A stretch of 64,000 nt of DNA from Phoronis australis (Eukaryota; Animalia; Phoronida). This document shows positions 13,201-26,000 of this stretch, one piece after another (within the stretch, counting starts at the first letter, position 1; the number at the start of each line of letters is the position of its first letter). The notes beneath the pieces are model-generated. The model saw only the letters and a program-made list of their open reading frames with translations, made no database searches and had not been told where the DNA came from. The DNA is taken from assembly GCA_002633005.1 (NCBI GenBank), contig NMRA01000554.1, positions 218,282-282,281 of the forward strand, written 5' to 3'. The position numbers and the translations under genes are program-made.

Positions 13201-13479
13201 TACGCGATTGGTAATTTCACTGTCTGTATAGAAAGCATTAGGAGTGGAGTGACAACCAATGTAGTGCTCATAGTATTCCTGCTAAAACAGGTTGCATTTC
13301 TTAAATTCATCACTATCTACTTTTGATGGTTACTTAAAACAGGAAGAAGGAAATGGTGATTTTCTGAAATTAGGTTTGGATGATTTTCCAACTTCTTCTT
13401 TTCAGTTCGATCTCGGCGAGCCATGGACGAAATGGCATCACAGCATCGGATCCACCAGTTCACATGGACGATTTACTGA
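4157..13479 (+). CDS. AMN1: Protein AMN1 homolog (leucine-rich repeat protein), 269 aa, join(4157..4227,5611..5743,6045..6407,8784..8952,13406..13479)
   Basis: Five exons join in frame (810 nt incl. TGA) with consistent phases 2,0,0,1; protein aligns end to end with remembered human AMN1 ([24 protein letters not shown]; [13 protein letters not shown]; [36 protein letters not shown]; C-terminus HQFTWTIY vs KQVTWTVY). Confidence 0.95.
5611..5743 (+). CDS. AMN1: AMN1 coding exon 2
   Basis: tttgtttcag| ... AAG|gtatag; [44 protein letters not shown]. Confidence 0.92.
6045..6407 (+). CDS. AMN1: AMN1 coding exon 3 (LRRs), ends at a GC donor
   Basis: tttcag|GTT; cysteine-containing LRRs; ends AAT|gcaagt, the phase-0 donor that fits exon 4. 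Confidence 0.93.
6586..7903 (+). mobile_element. Kolobok-like non-autonomous DNA transposon with ~315-bp inverted arms and degenerate THAP/zinc-finger transposase N-terminus
   Basis: TTAA target duplication (6582-85, 7904-07), AGGCGAA...TTCGCCT termini; arms 6586-6900 and ~7589-7903; THAP-like ORF 6851-7276; downstream EPKFV and frameshifted [10 protein letters not shown]...[20 protein letters not shown] (7451-7586) resembling the CxxC...CxxGH...WxS motif of Kolobok transposases. Confidence 0.85.
6851..7276 (+). pseudogene. Degenerate THAP zinc-finger ORF (transposase N-terminus)
   Basis: [10 protein letters not shown]...LHCFQKD...RTW...SGKHF...LKKGSIPS follows the THAP signature but lacks the third zinc-binding Cys and the conserved FP proline; stops and a frameshift follow. 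Confidence 0.8.
8784..8952 (+). CDS. AMN1: AMN1 coding exon 4 (copy a)
   Basis: ttacag|GTG ... ACT G|gtacgt; [56 protein letters not shown]. Confidence 0.9.
10219..10387 (+). CDS. AMN1: AMN1 coding exon 4 (copy b; probable allelic/assembly duplicate)
   Basis: Same splice sites as 8784-8952; 3 substitutions seen (2 synonymous, 1 R>C). Confidence 0.6.
11510..13016. mobile_element. Putative non-autonomous element with 18-bp inverted ends
   Basis: ACCGTATTTATCCACCTT (11510) vs revcomp ACTGCATTTATCCACCTT (ending 13016); CpG-richer interior; no clear TSD, family not assigned. Confidence 0.5.
13406..13479 (+). CDS. AMN1: AMN1 terminal coding exon
   Basis: Strong pyrimidine tract cttcttcttttcag|; (V)[23 protein letters not shown]. 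Confidence 0.93.
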
Positions 13480-13805
13480 CTGATGTCATCTTATTTTTTA
13501 CTAAATTCTAGCGTTGATTTATTGAATAGATTTTATTTTTCATTTCATTGATGATTTATTTTTTCTTAATAAGTGATGCGATTTCAAAATGTTTCGTAAA
13601 TGAACGGTAATGTTGTGTTTTCCTACATGTGTGCAGCATCGTGTAGTCATGAGTGTCTTCTGCAGTAAGGATCAATTTCAAGGGATCATTGGTATTCCAA
13701 ATTATAGAAAACTATGCACCAAATGAGGTTCACAAACTATTTTCTTTGTGGCTTGATTTCCTGGAACAAACTTGTTTTTTTCTTGCTTTAGTTTGGTAGC
13801 TTTAA

Positions 13806-14877
13806 GGGCTGTTCCAGCAAAATCTGTATGGGAGGGGGGGAAGGCACTTTTATTTCGTACCCACCGCCCATATTTTTCATTTATTTCTCCAACCCATGAC
13901 CCATAATTTTTTAATTATTATTAATAGGTTAAATTATAAAATCCAACACTTCCAAACAAATTGCCTCCAGGAGGACCTGTTAAGAACTTAGATGATTGAC
14001 AGACAAGAACTAGTTGTCCAATATTGTCAAAAACTAAAGTAGCCAGTGAGCAATACTTTTGGCAGCCACCAGGTGTCTCTGTTCACCACGTGTCTATAAT
14101 TTCAATGAACACTTTTTCAATTATAAGGATCTATGAATCTCAAACTGTCTCCACGAACTCTTTTATACTTTTATGTCAAGTGAATATTGGAACTTGTTTA
14201 TCTTACGCTTTACTTTTTATTTAAAAATCATCAATTTTCTTATATGTGTTAACACCAGTTTAGTGTTGCATAACTTTTCAATTCAATAGGACTGCAGACA
14301 AACAGTTGGCTCAAATCAACTTGTCCATGACTTGATTAATGGCTTAGTGAACATATTGCACTCTGTTCACTGGCAATAATGGGCTTTTTTGAATTGGGAT
14401 AATTTAGGATATAAGCCAAATGCATTTTTTTGAGTTTTGACGGTTGCAGTAACCAACCTGTCAACATTAACAGATCAAAATATACCACCCATTTTTAATG
14501 CATCACTTCTTAGGGCTGTTCCAGTAAAATCTGTATGGGCACCTTTTTTTCACACCCACCACCAATATTTTTCATTTATTTCTTCAGCCTACCACCCGTA
14601 ATTTTTTTATAAGTTTGAAATGCAACCACCCGTAATTTTTTTTGTTCTTGTGGTTGACTGCACAGGCGCTTGAGTTTCTCTGTTCCTCCATCACCACTAA
14701 CGTCATTCATTACTAAGAAAACATAATGTTTCTTATATATGGTTATTAGCCATCGAGAAATTCGAGCACCTGTGGTTAACTGGTGTTATGGGCATGCCGA
14801 TGANACCACCACCCATGAATTTTTATTTCTACTGCCGTCCCTCCCCCCCTCCCACACGGATTTTACTGGAACAGCCC
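13806..14877. mobile_element. PIF/Harbinger-like MITE with an extra internal left end
   Basis: TAA flanks (13803-05, 14878-80); TIR GGGCTGTTCCAG(C/T)AAAATC at 13806 and inverted ending 14877; second same-orientation copy of the left end at 14513. Confidence 0.75.
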
Positions 14878-14971
14878 TAACTTGACCCAGTTATTTCTGT
14901 ACAAGATGACCGTGTGCCCTATAAAAATAATTGCAGGCAGTCTTATACATGTTGTACGGGTTCTAGCTGTC

Positions 14972-15043
14972 TGCCCCAGTTGGACTTGAACCCACGACCT
15001 TGAGTCAAAGAAGTAGGTGCTCATACCACTAGGCCACACTGCC
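14972..15043 (-). mobile_element. tRNA-derived SINE head / tRNA-like relic
   Basis: Minus strand GGCAGTGTGGCCTAGTGG (A box) ... GGTTCAAGTCC (B box); acceptor and anticodon stems do not pair, so not a functional tRNA. Confidence 0.65.
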
Positions 15044-16784
15044 TCTAACTGTGTGCCCCAGGTCCAATTTTAGTTTTTAAAAAGCATTCAAAAATAGATT
15101 TTTAACTTTGGAATTTCCTTGGTTATTGTTGGAATACCATAATTCTCTTTATTTTGCACAAAAATTATAAGTTTTTCTGTATTTCAATTCGTGACCTTGC
15201 CCCTGTGTATGATCAGTTTTACCAAGCATTGTTTTTAGCCAGCATGTACACTTTAGTAAAATTGAAGCGGGAATTTCTCATATTGCACAGGAAAAATCAG
15301 TTATTTAAGCTGTATTTACAGTTGGTGGTGAAAGTGTGTTTGGTAGTTACTGCAGGATTCTTTTCACCATTCTTGTCTAAATGCTTAAGATATGACACAC
15401 CGTCAGGTGATATTGTCTGTCACTCATCTGCTACGGTGTTTGTAGATTTTTAAGTTTCAAGCCCATGTCGAAGTAACTAGGAAATTCAGTTCCTTGGCAC
15501 CACTAATAAGATCATCCACTTAATTTGTGAAGTGATGTGATTTCCTAAATTATGGACAAAAAATTGAGGTTTTCAAACAAACAACACTATTAATTTTATG
15601 TTAAGGATGACTGAAATTAGGAAATGCTTCAAATGTCCTGGTAAAACATCAATAGTAGCTTTTTCTCTCAAGTTTCAGTTAAATAGTCCTTGCCACTTCA
15701 GGAATGTTTATCTGTAATGCATTAGGCAGACATCGTTATATCAAATTGTTTTTCTGGGAAGATTGACCACCCATTCTCATCTACAGATGGAACGAAACGC
15801 AACTGATTCAAGCATTCGTTTCTGTCTACAAATGAGCAAGAAATACCCTTGCACTATCATTGAAAATTGGCCTTTGGTGGATCAGTTTTTTGAACTAACA
15901 CATGTTGTCAGTGTTTTGGTGTGGGACTACTGGATACATGCAGAACTTTCATTGAAATGTCTTCAGGTACATACTTTCTGCATCTACCACTACTGGGAGC
16001 AATAGCAGTATAATTTCTAAATGCCCACAGATTTTTATATTATTCAGATCGCAGAATTTTTGCAAGTCGTCTCGTCTTTCTTGTACAAACCAGCTAGAGA
16101 GGTGCCATTCAGTAGTTCTAGCCTTGAAACTGGGTTCATTTTCAGATTGTCCTATTGGGGAGTATTTTCCAGTCCTTTGAACAAAACAGTTTTTTGCTTT
16201 AGTGTTGTGACCCAGTAATTAAAATTGGTGTGAAGCGTGTACATCTTTTGCTCCTGTTCATTGAATATTCAGAGACAGGATCATGCTTATGCAAGCATCT
16301 CATTTGTAGACTATATTATTTTAACTTACTGTTCACATAGATGTATTTACTATCAATAAACTGACTGTGCCATATGTACTCTTGTTATAACCAGAAGCAG
16401 CGCTGTCTTGACGACTTCAATATGAGAATATTACACTATGCACCAATAAGTCCTTTTTTAACAAAAATTTGATCTCCTTACAGCTTGTGTTTTACGAGTA
16501 TTCCAATTTTAGTTGGAAGAATGTTTTTTACAGCAACGTTGTTCTGAGGCAAGACAAGGTATCGTTATCTGACCACTCCTTTCTGGTAATTGGTAAATCT
16601 ATATTATACAAAACATCCACCATGTCCTACAACTGTGATGGGTAACCTGCGAAGCAGCTCTGTTGCCATCATATTTTGTGTATTACCAGCAAGAAATTAA
16701 AGAGTTTTTGCATGGCAACTGCTGGAATGTTTCTCTTTAAAATATTTAATAATGGTAGAGACTACTCATAAATAAAACTGGTCG

Positions 16785-17308
16785 CTGAGGAACAAAATTC
16801 TTCAGACATAAATGATAAAGTTGTTACCTTGTGAACGTTTTTTCAACTTCCATGGTTCGGTGGTCATTTTCAAACTTATCTCAAGTAACCAGACGTGACA
16901 TCACGACTGGAGGAGGAGGAGTTAGAAAATTGGTTTCTCCAAAATATGGCGCATGCTTTGTCCAGGTGAACTTGTCCTATGTCTCTGTTCATGCACGTAT
17001 TACCCATCTTTTTTATTCAAGTAGATTCTCTGATCCACCTAGTAAATCTGCAGTTATTATCCACTGTATCAGAGAATCTACTTGTATCAAAAAGATGGGT
17101 AATATATACATGAACAGAGACGTATGACAATGTCGACTCAACTCGGCATACAATGCCATTCTTCGTAAGAACCAATTTTCTAGCTCCGCCTACTCCAATC
17201 GTGATGTCACAGTACTCGGCAGACATCAGTTTCGCTGCTGAACCATTGAGGTCAGAAATGTTTCAAGGTAACGATTTTGTTGTCTATGTCTAGAATTGTG
17301 CTCCTCAC
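16785..17308. repeat. Long imperfect palindrome (foldback MITE-like), centre ~17050
   Basis: Arms pair throughout, e.g. caagtagattctctgat/atcagagaatctacttg, gtctctgttcatg/catgaacagagac, gtgacatcacga/tcgtgatgtcac, gttaccttg/caaggtaac. Confidence 0.85.
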
Positions 17309-19882
17309 ATGTATTCTGGATGCTTGAATCTTCTTACATTTTGTACTGGTCTTCTCTTCTCAATCAAAGTGTCTTTGTCGAATCCATGAAGTTATGAATG
17401 TGGAAATGGAACTTAAATCTTGTATTTGTATAAACGGCCCAATCCAGCCTTGTACATAACTTGTGATTGCAAGAAATTGGGCCAAAACTTGAATTTTTAC
17501 AACTTATGTGTATGAATGAGAGACTGTCCAAAAGTAAGATACCTGAAGCCCCAAACAAATACATGTCAACCCGTCAGTATACCCACTTTCCATCAAAACT
17601 TAACTTGATATAAACCACATACCAATATAACGTGTGTCTCGTGACTTTGATTAGCGGTAACATTTGGGCTTAGGAGACCTTACTATTTGTTACTGTCTGA
17701 GACCACTCGGACTAGGTTTAATAAGGTGTTTTATTTGAGACCAGTTTTACAGTCGTTAAACAGTGGTAAGTGGTTTATATCGCAAGTTACTACTTCACTG
17801 CCGTGAAATGTGTTCAAATGTTCCTCATGACAAAATGAGCAGCACGAACACTTGGAGTTGCAATAAAACAACACAGTTATCATGATCATATAAATGTATT
17901 AATCTATTTAGAGACCTTATAACAATCAAATATGTGATGGGTATATTTTACATTCTAAGAGTTGTGTTTTTGTGTCGAAAACAACTTCAATGCTTTCGAC
18001 AAGTTATCTGATCTGATGGTTGTTAAAGGCCATGACTAACTGGGTCAGCCATGCATCTACTGAATAATAAAAAATTTTTTGGAAACAGATTTCCCATCTT
18101 ATCGAAAATCAGTTCAATAACCAAGGACTCAAATTTCGTATATTTTGAGTGTTGCAAAAATCTGATAAAAAACGAAAGATAACCATATATAAATTCTTAA
18201 GTAAAATAATTAAAGTTAATGTATAAATTGAGCATTGTTAGGAAATGGTGATCTCCACTCCAGTCTGTTGAGTTCTTGATTTTACAGCAGAGAAATGCGA
18301 CATCGTTAATTAAAAATGCGGAAAGATTCGCTCCTGCTTCATATCGTCACATCAAATGTCTTTAAGACATGACAGCGTCTGTATCGTTCTTTAGAATTGC
18401 ATAGCGCATCGCACTTGGTCTCAACGATTGTCTCGTCATTGATTCTTTTGCACACATTTGATATTTCCTTTGGTACCGTAGAACTTGATAAGGCACGAAA
18501 ACTAAAGATAGGCTCCACAAAGGGTTATAAACAACATTAATGCAGACAACAAAAGAGATGTCATACGACAACAACACTGGAATATGCCTGTCCTGAATTG
18601 AACTCTTCTTCTTGTAGAGGCAGAAAAATGCATGGCATGACTGACCTAATTTAATTTGTAAATGTTAGCCACTTCTAAGTTGATTAACGAGGGAAGGACA
18701 ATACATTACCCATCCAGCAATTATATTTGTCCATGCAAAATACTTGGTGTCAGCATTACAACTCGGAATACAACAATACAACTTTGCCTTCATTACAGTG
18801 ATGAACTGCATACTAATTAGGATATAAAATAGTGGATAGTGCATTTGCATTGTGAAGAAACAGGACACGTGCTTGATACATGCATTGCATTGTGGGTAAA
18901 TAACTTAAAATGAGAGTGATGCTGCGATATTTCAGGATGAGCCTATTATTGTGGACCTGATTTGATTTTGGTCAGATGGCTTTACGTGACTAAATGTGTT
19001 GCACTAACCATGTCTTGGAGTACCACAGTGCCCTCTCTCAATGATTCTGCACTATTTAACCACAATGCTGTACGTCAGTAGGACACTTGGCCATTCAGAT
19101 GCTAATACAATTTTACTGTTCCACATTGAGTTGCAATGCAGACATGAAAAATTTTGAAAAGCCAAGTGAGATGTGACAAATCATTCACTGAGAAGTGTGT
19201 TTACTTAGTGGCCATAAGCTAGGCGTTTTTCTACCTCTGCAAAAATATAGAGCTGAATCTGTGATGTGTGTAATCAAATCACATCATGGCAAACTCTATG
19301 CTGTGCCTGGACATGAATCCCATGGCAAGGTTTAAGAAATTTATCCTCGAATGCAATAATGTATCTAAGATTATGAAATTCTTTCACCAAGACTTTAAGG
19401 GAAAGATTGTCACTGATTCTGATCCGTGTTAAGAGTTGTTCAAACACAAGAAGAGTCCTGGACAGCGACCAGTGATCATGGTTATATAAGCTGAAACTAT
19501 TGTTACCGCAAGACAATGAATACAGATAACAAAACTACAACACCAACCGATTCCAAATGCAAAAATGTCGACCGTTTTGGCATGAGGTGAAGACAACAAG
19601 TTCTTTTCAGACCAGGCAAATGAGTGTTAATCTTTGCAGAAGTCCACAAAATATGTTACCCTGACTAGAAGTTCAATGCAAATTCAAGACAAGCTTGGAG
19701 TCTGCTAGGAAATGAACCAAATAGAAAAGTTGGCTACCCAAATTCTAATGACTGTTTTAACAGACTTAAAAGTCCACATGTTGAACATCAATAATGTGTA
19801 CCCATATTGATACACTGACTTTGTTGCAGAGAGAGTGCAGTTTTGCATTTGAAATACTATACTCACAGACTTTACTCAGAAC

Positions 19883-20005
19883 TTATGATTTGGATGGGAC
19901 GACTGCCGCGATGAAATCGTTGAAGTTGAGTCGGAGTTTTGTGTAATGAGCTGTGACGGCATTGAGCGTTTCTTGGGATCCATGGCACAGTTCGAACAAC
20001 AGCAT
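19883..20005 (-). CDS. ZFC3H1: ZFC3H1 terminal coding exon
   Basis: ttgtag|MLLFELCHGSQETLNAVTAHYTKLRLNFNDFIAAVVPSKS*. Confidence 0.85.
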   Translation of the reverse strand: MLLFELCHGSQETLNAVTAHYTKLRLNFNDFIAAVVPSKS

Positions 20006-23000
20006 CTACAAGAATTGGACTGAACCTTCAGACTGTTTATTTCCATTGATGTTAGTATTCAAACTAATGTTCTTATTTTCTGAACTAACATACAAAAATA
20101 ACTAAACAAGAAAGACCGAGGGGTCAATCTTTGGGTGGACAAAGGGAGTTTCTCAACAAAAATAAAGACAATAATTTTAGTATATTACTAAGTTGCTTAG
20201 TGAAGTGTAGGCATTATGAAACAATATTTGCTTAATGTCGCTTTCCCATCAAAACCGCAAGTGCCCCCATTGTGTGGAGTCAGTCAGTGGAAAGTAGAAC
20301 TCCCGGATTTGATAGGAACCAGTGCAACTCCTCTAATGGATCAAACTGAGGAAGTGTGCAACTCCCAGCAATATTCAGTATTTGCAAGAGGTGGCGGTAT
20401 GCAACACATTTTATCAAGTGCGTGAATCAACTACGGCATCTGCTTTGTCCCTACAGCTAGCGTTAACACTCATATCTTTACCAGAGAGGAGATAGTAGGA
20501 AAAGGAACAGAGTTATGAATGACTGTAGTTTCACTATTCGGAAAATATAATTCTCCATTGCTACTTGCAATGTAATAAACTTTGGAAATATAGAAAAATG
20601 GCAGTTTTGACAATTATTTTTGGGTGAAATAAGTGAAGAATGGTCATATTTTCAAACTGTAAATGATGAAAACCACCTTACCTGCACTGGCTGCATGAAC
20701 TAATATTACATACATTTTTGTTAAATTTTACATATAACACAAAGGTCAAGGAAGGCAACATTTCCGTGGCTATCTCTTACATCTTTCCATATGGCAGCCG
20801 AAAAAGGAAGAGTCTGAACAGCTTTCCAGAACAGCTTGCGAACCTGAAAGATACAAAGCCACTTTATAAGCAAGCTCTCTACTTAGAGAAGATAGAAAAA
20901 AAAATTAGCTTTGACATAGCAAGATAACAACCAGACCCCTTGGCTGCGTTCCATGGATCTCAGACACTAGCTTGCATTTGTGACGAAGGTACAGAGAGAA
21001 AAATTCGAGTGAGACCCCCAAATGGGAAATGAGAAACAAAAAGTCCGAAAAAATAGAAAAAGAGACAAAAGTCCACTAAAAAGCCAGGAACCACCAAAAT
21101 TCGGCAAACGCACAATTCATAGATATGAACATACCCGGTTCATTATTTTTTTAGTAAAAGGTCCACATTATCAAAAATTCGAGCCCCCCCATTTTTAGGC
21201 TGGATGCGTGCATGGGTATACTCGTGAAATGCTCGGTCTTTCACTCGCATGACTTTGCATATCTCTGTTTCCTTGCAAGGAACTTGGGTCTACAGAAGGC
21301 TCTCATGCTTTCTAAACGGTATTTAACTTGGGTCTACAGAAGGCTCTCATGCTTTCCAAACGGTATTTAACTTGGGTCTACAGAAGGCTCTCATGCTTTC
21401 TAAACGGTATTTAACTTGGTGAGGTAAGAACCATGTTCTAATGAAGACTGTGGTCCGGTAGTGCATTCAATGTTTCTCATACCTAGCAAGAATAGTGAGA
21501 TCACATGAGAACACACTCCTGTTCATACTGACATACACTAGTGACTGACGACTATGCTACAATGTTGAATCACGGGAGATAACGCTACCTTAAAGCCCCA
21601 AGCAGTGTCACCTTTAAAATACCTGTTTTAGTTCACACCTTTTCAACTCTTGATTACCCAATTACAAATGATTGAACCACGCAAAGAATAGGGTTCAATG
21701 GTTTCTCTAACGGAAAGATTCAGCTATTTCTTTCCAAGACTTCTTGTCAGAAATGTCTCACCCATGACTAGACTGACTGTGTACAGCCCTGAGGCTAACA
21801 CATTACTAGAAGTGGTGAATCCCAACTTAACAAATGTTAATTCAACAGGAAAACAGTTCCATTGCTAATCTGAAAAACGGGAATTGGAGCTCTTTTTTAT
21901 ATTTCAGAAACTCAAAATTTCCTATCAGATGCACCAACGTGCTAAGAATAATGTTGACAGTTATGTACGGATATTCACATGGAAACAGCAGTGCATGTGG
22001 CAATTCCAAGATTTTGAGCCTCTCTTGAACCAGGAATAAGCAGACAGAATGAATGAATTTGGGGCCTTCTTGTGCACAATACAAACTGAAAGAGCTAGGA
22101 CTCATTTTAGCAAAATTTGTAAAATTGTGGCCTTCTGGAATTCAGCATTTCAATTTTATACCCATGACTGCGGCCTTGATACTATGTAATACCAGTATAC
22201 TTAGAAAATGATTTTTAAACTTTTGCCCCACACATTATGAGCTTATTAACTAAAAAAGCAGTTAAGTGAATGTGCTAACACAAATCTCAGATTCAACAAT
22301 CACGATACAGGGCACCTCAAAAATGGTTATTCCTTGACTACAGTTAGAAAGAATTTCTTAAAGTTGTAGGTTTCAACTTTCAAAGAAGAAATTGTCAGAA
22401 AATTTTACCTCAAATACAGTAAATCCAATACATGCCCTATTGCATCTGTTTTAGGCCAAAACCACACGATCAGATTACACTATTTAGATAACCATTACAC
22501 AAATCGAATGGGGTTAGTAAAATGCCAGTGAGATTTTCAAAGTTAATTTGCACTAACTGATTAAGTACACTACCTCCAGGGTTTCCTTCAACTGTAGGTT
22601 TATGGCTATCACCCTGGCAAAATGACACAACAACAATTAATCAATCAAAAAATGGAAAATTGCAATGAATTCAAATTCGACGATTTAAACAACAACTCAA
22701 CAAGTTTATGTCAAAAATAATCAACAATGAGAAATAATATAAATGTCCGCTTTTTAGACTTAAGACTTAACCTTGATAATCATGTAAAATGCGCATTAAC
22801 TTGTTCTAGGAAACCATTTATCTTAACACATAACCTATCCTTAAAGTTACTCAACATCACTGTATTTTACAATCATGAGATCAACTTCCCAAAACAATAA
22901 AATTGAAGACAATTGATTTTTACTATAACCTCATATATTGTTGTCCGGAACTTGAGAAAGAAAAAACAATTTAAATATCATGCGATGACCGCAAAGTAAA

Positions 23001-26000
23001 ACAAATTGTCACACAAAAATTACGGGGTTAATTTTGAAAAATGATGATCGCGGATGCTGTAGCTAGCAAAATAGACAGAAAATTTGACTAAAATGTGACT
23101 CATTAACGAGTGGATGTAAAATAAATGGAAAGTTTTTACATCTTCCACAGGTTGACAGATGCTGGCTTGTCATAGATCGCACAACAACACAAGTACTTGG
23201 CCACATGCAAATCTTCCATCTTTAGTGCGTGTTCACAAGCCCTGAAACAATTAAAACTCGGTTGCATCGAAATGGTATGTTCACAAAGTGGTGTACCATG
23301 ATGACACACAGCAGTAAAATAGGTCTTTAGAGTATGGAAGTTTTAAGCACTTACTAAACAATCTCCCCCCCCACTACATTTCCCCTCTAAAGTTAAGAAA
23401 AAATGTTGTTGCTTGTCAGTATTTTAGTGTGTAAACTGCATAATGCTTTAACGTTAATGTCTGTGCCTGTCTGTACACTGACACTGTAAAACAAAAGAAA
23501 AGACAACAATTCTTCAAGTACTTTTGAAGTGAATATTTTGTACATTAAGTGGAAGTGTTGATAAACGTCAACAGTCCTCGAAAATATTTGTAAGTAAAAT
23601 CAACTTACTCGTAGACCGTGGAATTGAAAGTTTGAACGTTTCGAACTGTGCTCTACGGTTCTTTTTCAACAACTAGTCCCCCTATGTACATTGTACAATC
23701 ACAGTTGTTTGGAATACTCACTGGAGGGAGGTGTTTGTAATGATTACCTTAGAACCAGTCTGTAGTTATCTGGCATCCAACTGATGAACTTCTTGTAAAC
23801 CGTTGTGTGATGTTCCTCTGGTATAGAGGTCAAAAACATGGACAACACACGGTTATGAAATGAATAGTCGACACACTGAAGATTAGAGTTTGTAACGGCA
23901 GCACATTTTGATGGCATCGATGCAAGACAGCGTCTCACTAGCTTATAGAGTAAAGCAAACTGCTGGTTTTTGTCTTCAGAAAATGATAGCTCGTCCTTCA
24001 TGTATTCAAGGTACCTACATAGAGAAACAGCAAACTAATTCATCACAGATCTATTTCAATCAACAATGCAATACTTTATCAAATGTCTTGCCATAACAGC
24101 ATTCCCCAGCAAAACAAATAATTAAGATGCTGAATTGTACTAACAACTCAAATAGAAAGAGATCAACTCATAGCAAATGGCAAAATAGAAAGTGCCAAAC
24201 AAACGCTCACTTCCTTTTTAGTACCGCAAATACTTAGCTAATCATTACTGAGGATAGCAACTGGAAAACAGGATAAATCAAAGACAAGTTCGATTTAACA
24301 CAAGTTCGATTTAAAACTTGGCTACAACAAAATGTCACCTAGCTGCCATTTCCATATAACACACAAATGGCAAAACCAGTTCTTCAATTTTTTAGCTCTA
24401 AGAATGACTAGACTTTATCTTTTCCCAGTTTCATCCGAGTATAGCACAAACTGCACAATGTGAGCCACAAACACCTAGCGAGGAAGTAGACATTAGACTT
24501 ACCTCAGCCACATCAGTTTCACATGCTGGGTAGATTTAAGTGTGCACAGTGCAGTCTCGTACACCTCTGTTATTTGGTCATGATATCCCTGGATGTCCAG
24601 TAGCATGCTAAATAGAAACAAATACTTTTAAGAACGAAAACCACATGACCAATGCATCAGTCAGCGCGTGCAAGTATGTTCATGAGACAAAAAGGCGACT
24701 TAACTGGTTGAAATTTGTCAAAGTGTTAGATAAGACAGTAAATGACGTAACTACAACAGAAATTCAAATGCACAAGCACCACCCACAAGTTCCAGAATCA
24801 AGCTAAAACAGTGAAAAGTGTGGGTAATAAGTGTTGCTAGAAATGACGGATTGGTATACTTAGACATATAAAATTTTGGTAAAAAAACAGGTTACTATAC
24901 TTGATTAGCATCATCCGTAGTAATCCATAATTTTACAAAAATCTAATTTCCAAAATTACAATTTTATGTTTTCTGCTTTAAAATGATTAAAATGCTTCCA
25001 AAGTAGGTAGCTACACAGAATAAATCATACTAAAACTGATGTGTGAAAATGTTATTTTTTCTTATCGACAGATTTAACGAATTCAATAAAAATTTGCCCA
25101 TCATATACTGTGCTAAATTGAAAATCGTTCTTCAATAAATATTTATTTACTGACTACAGCTGTATACAAACTACTGACCAATAGTTGCTCCATAGATAGA
25201 CAGCGTGTGAAGAAAGCATGTCTGGACTGACATCATTCTTGAAACTGGGCGCAGTGTAGTTCAGTGGCAAAGGCAGGTCCAGCACTTTACTGCAAACATA
25301 GTAGAGAGACTGAGAACAGTACCTGTACCCTGAACACTTGAACAGGTTAAAGATATTTTAAACAATTGTGTAGGCTTGGGCTAATAGGGTTAAAATTCAA
25401 ATGTTTATCTCAGAAACTAGCAATAAAAAGTTGAAGTTAAACCAAGAAGTTAACAGGTATCCACAAGTATAAAGACCCATGCAGTGACATCTACGAAAAC
25501 CAATTGAATGTTATTGTTCATGTTGTGCAGTGGAACCCTTTGTTTCCGTTCTTTGATACACAGCGAATTAGTCGAATTACACGATGAAACTATAGACCAA
25601 GTTCCTTGATTGCGTCAATAAGAAGATTCCCCACTTCTTACTTGATGTATTCCAGATTGAAATATGCAATTTTGGAGTGCATGGAACTTTATAACCAATA
25701 CTCTAAAACCAATTACACTTATCTGCATTTTTGTAGCAAGTAACATTGACATAACCAAAGGCACTTTGCTCATTGGCTTGTGCTAAGCTAACAGTAATAA
25801 GAAGATTCAAACCACACTAATTAGATAACTGGATAATTCAGGACAAACACAGCAGACATTGAAATACTAATGGTTCCTCTTACCAATAGAGTAGGTTAGG
25901 ATCACACACAGTAGAGTCGGACCTGTCCACGATGAAGAGTCCAATCACACACGATTCTAGGATCTCCAGGGCACGGTCACTGTTCTCCTGTGAGTTCTCA

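Noticed and set aside
14972-15043. Possible tRNA gene
   Set aside because: A and B boxes present but no cloverleaf pairing; treated as a SINE head.
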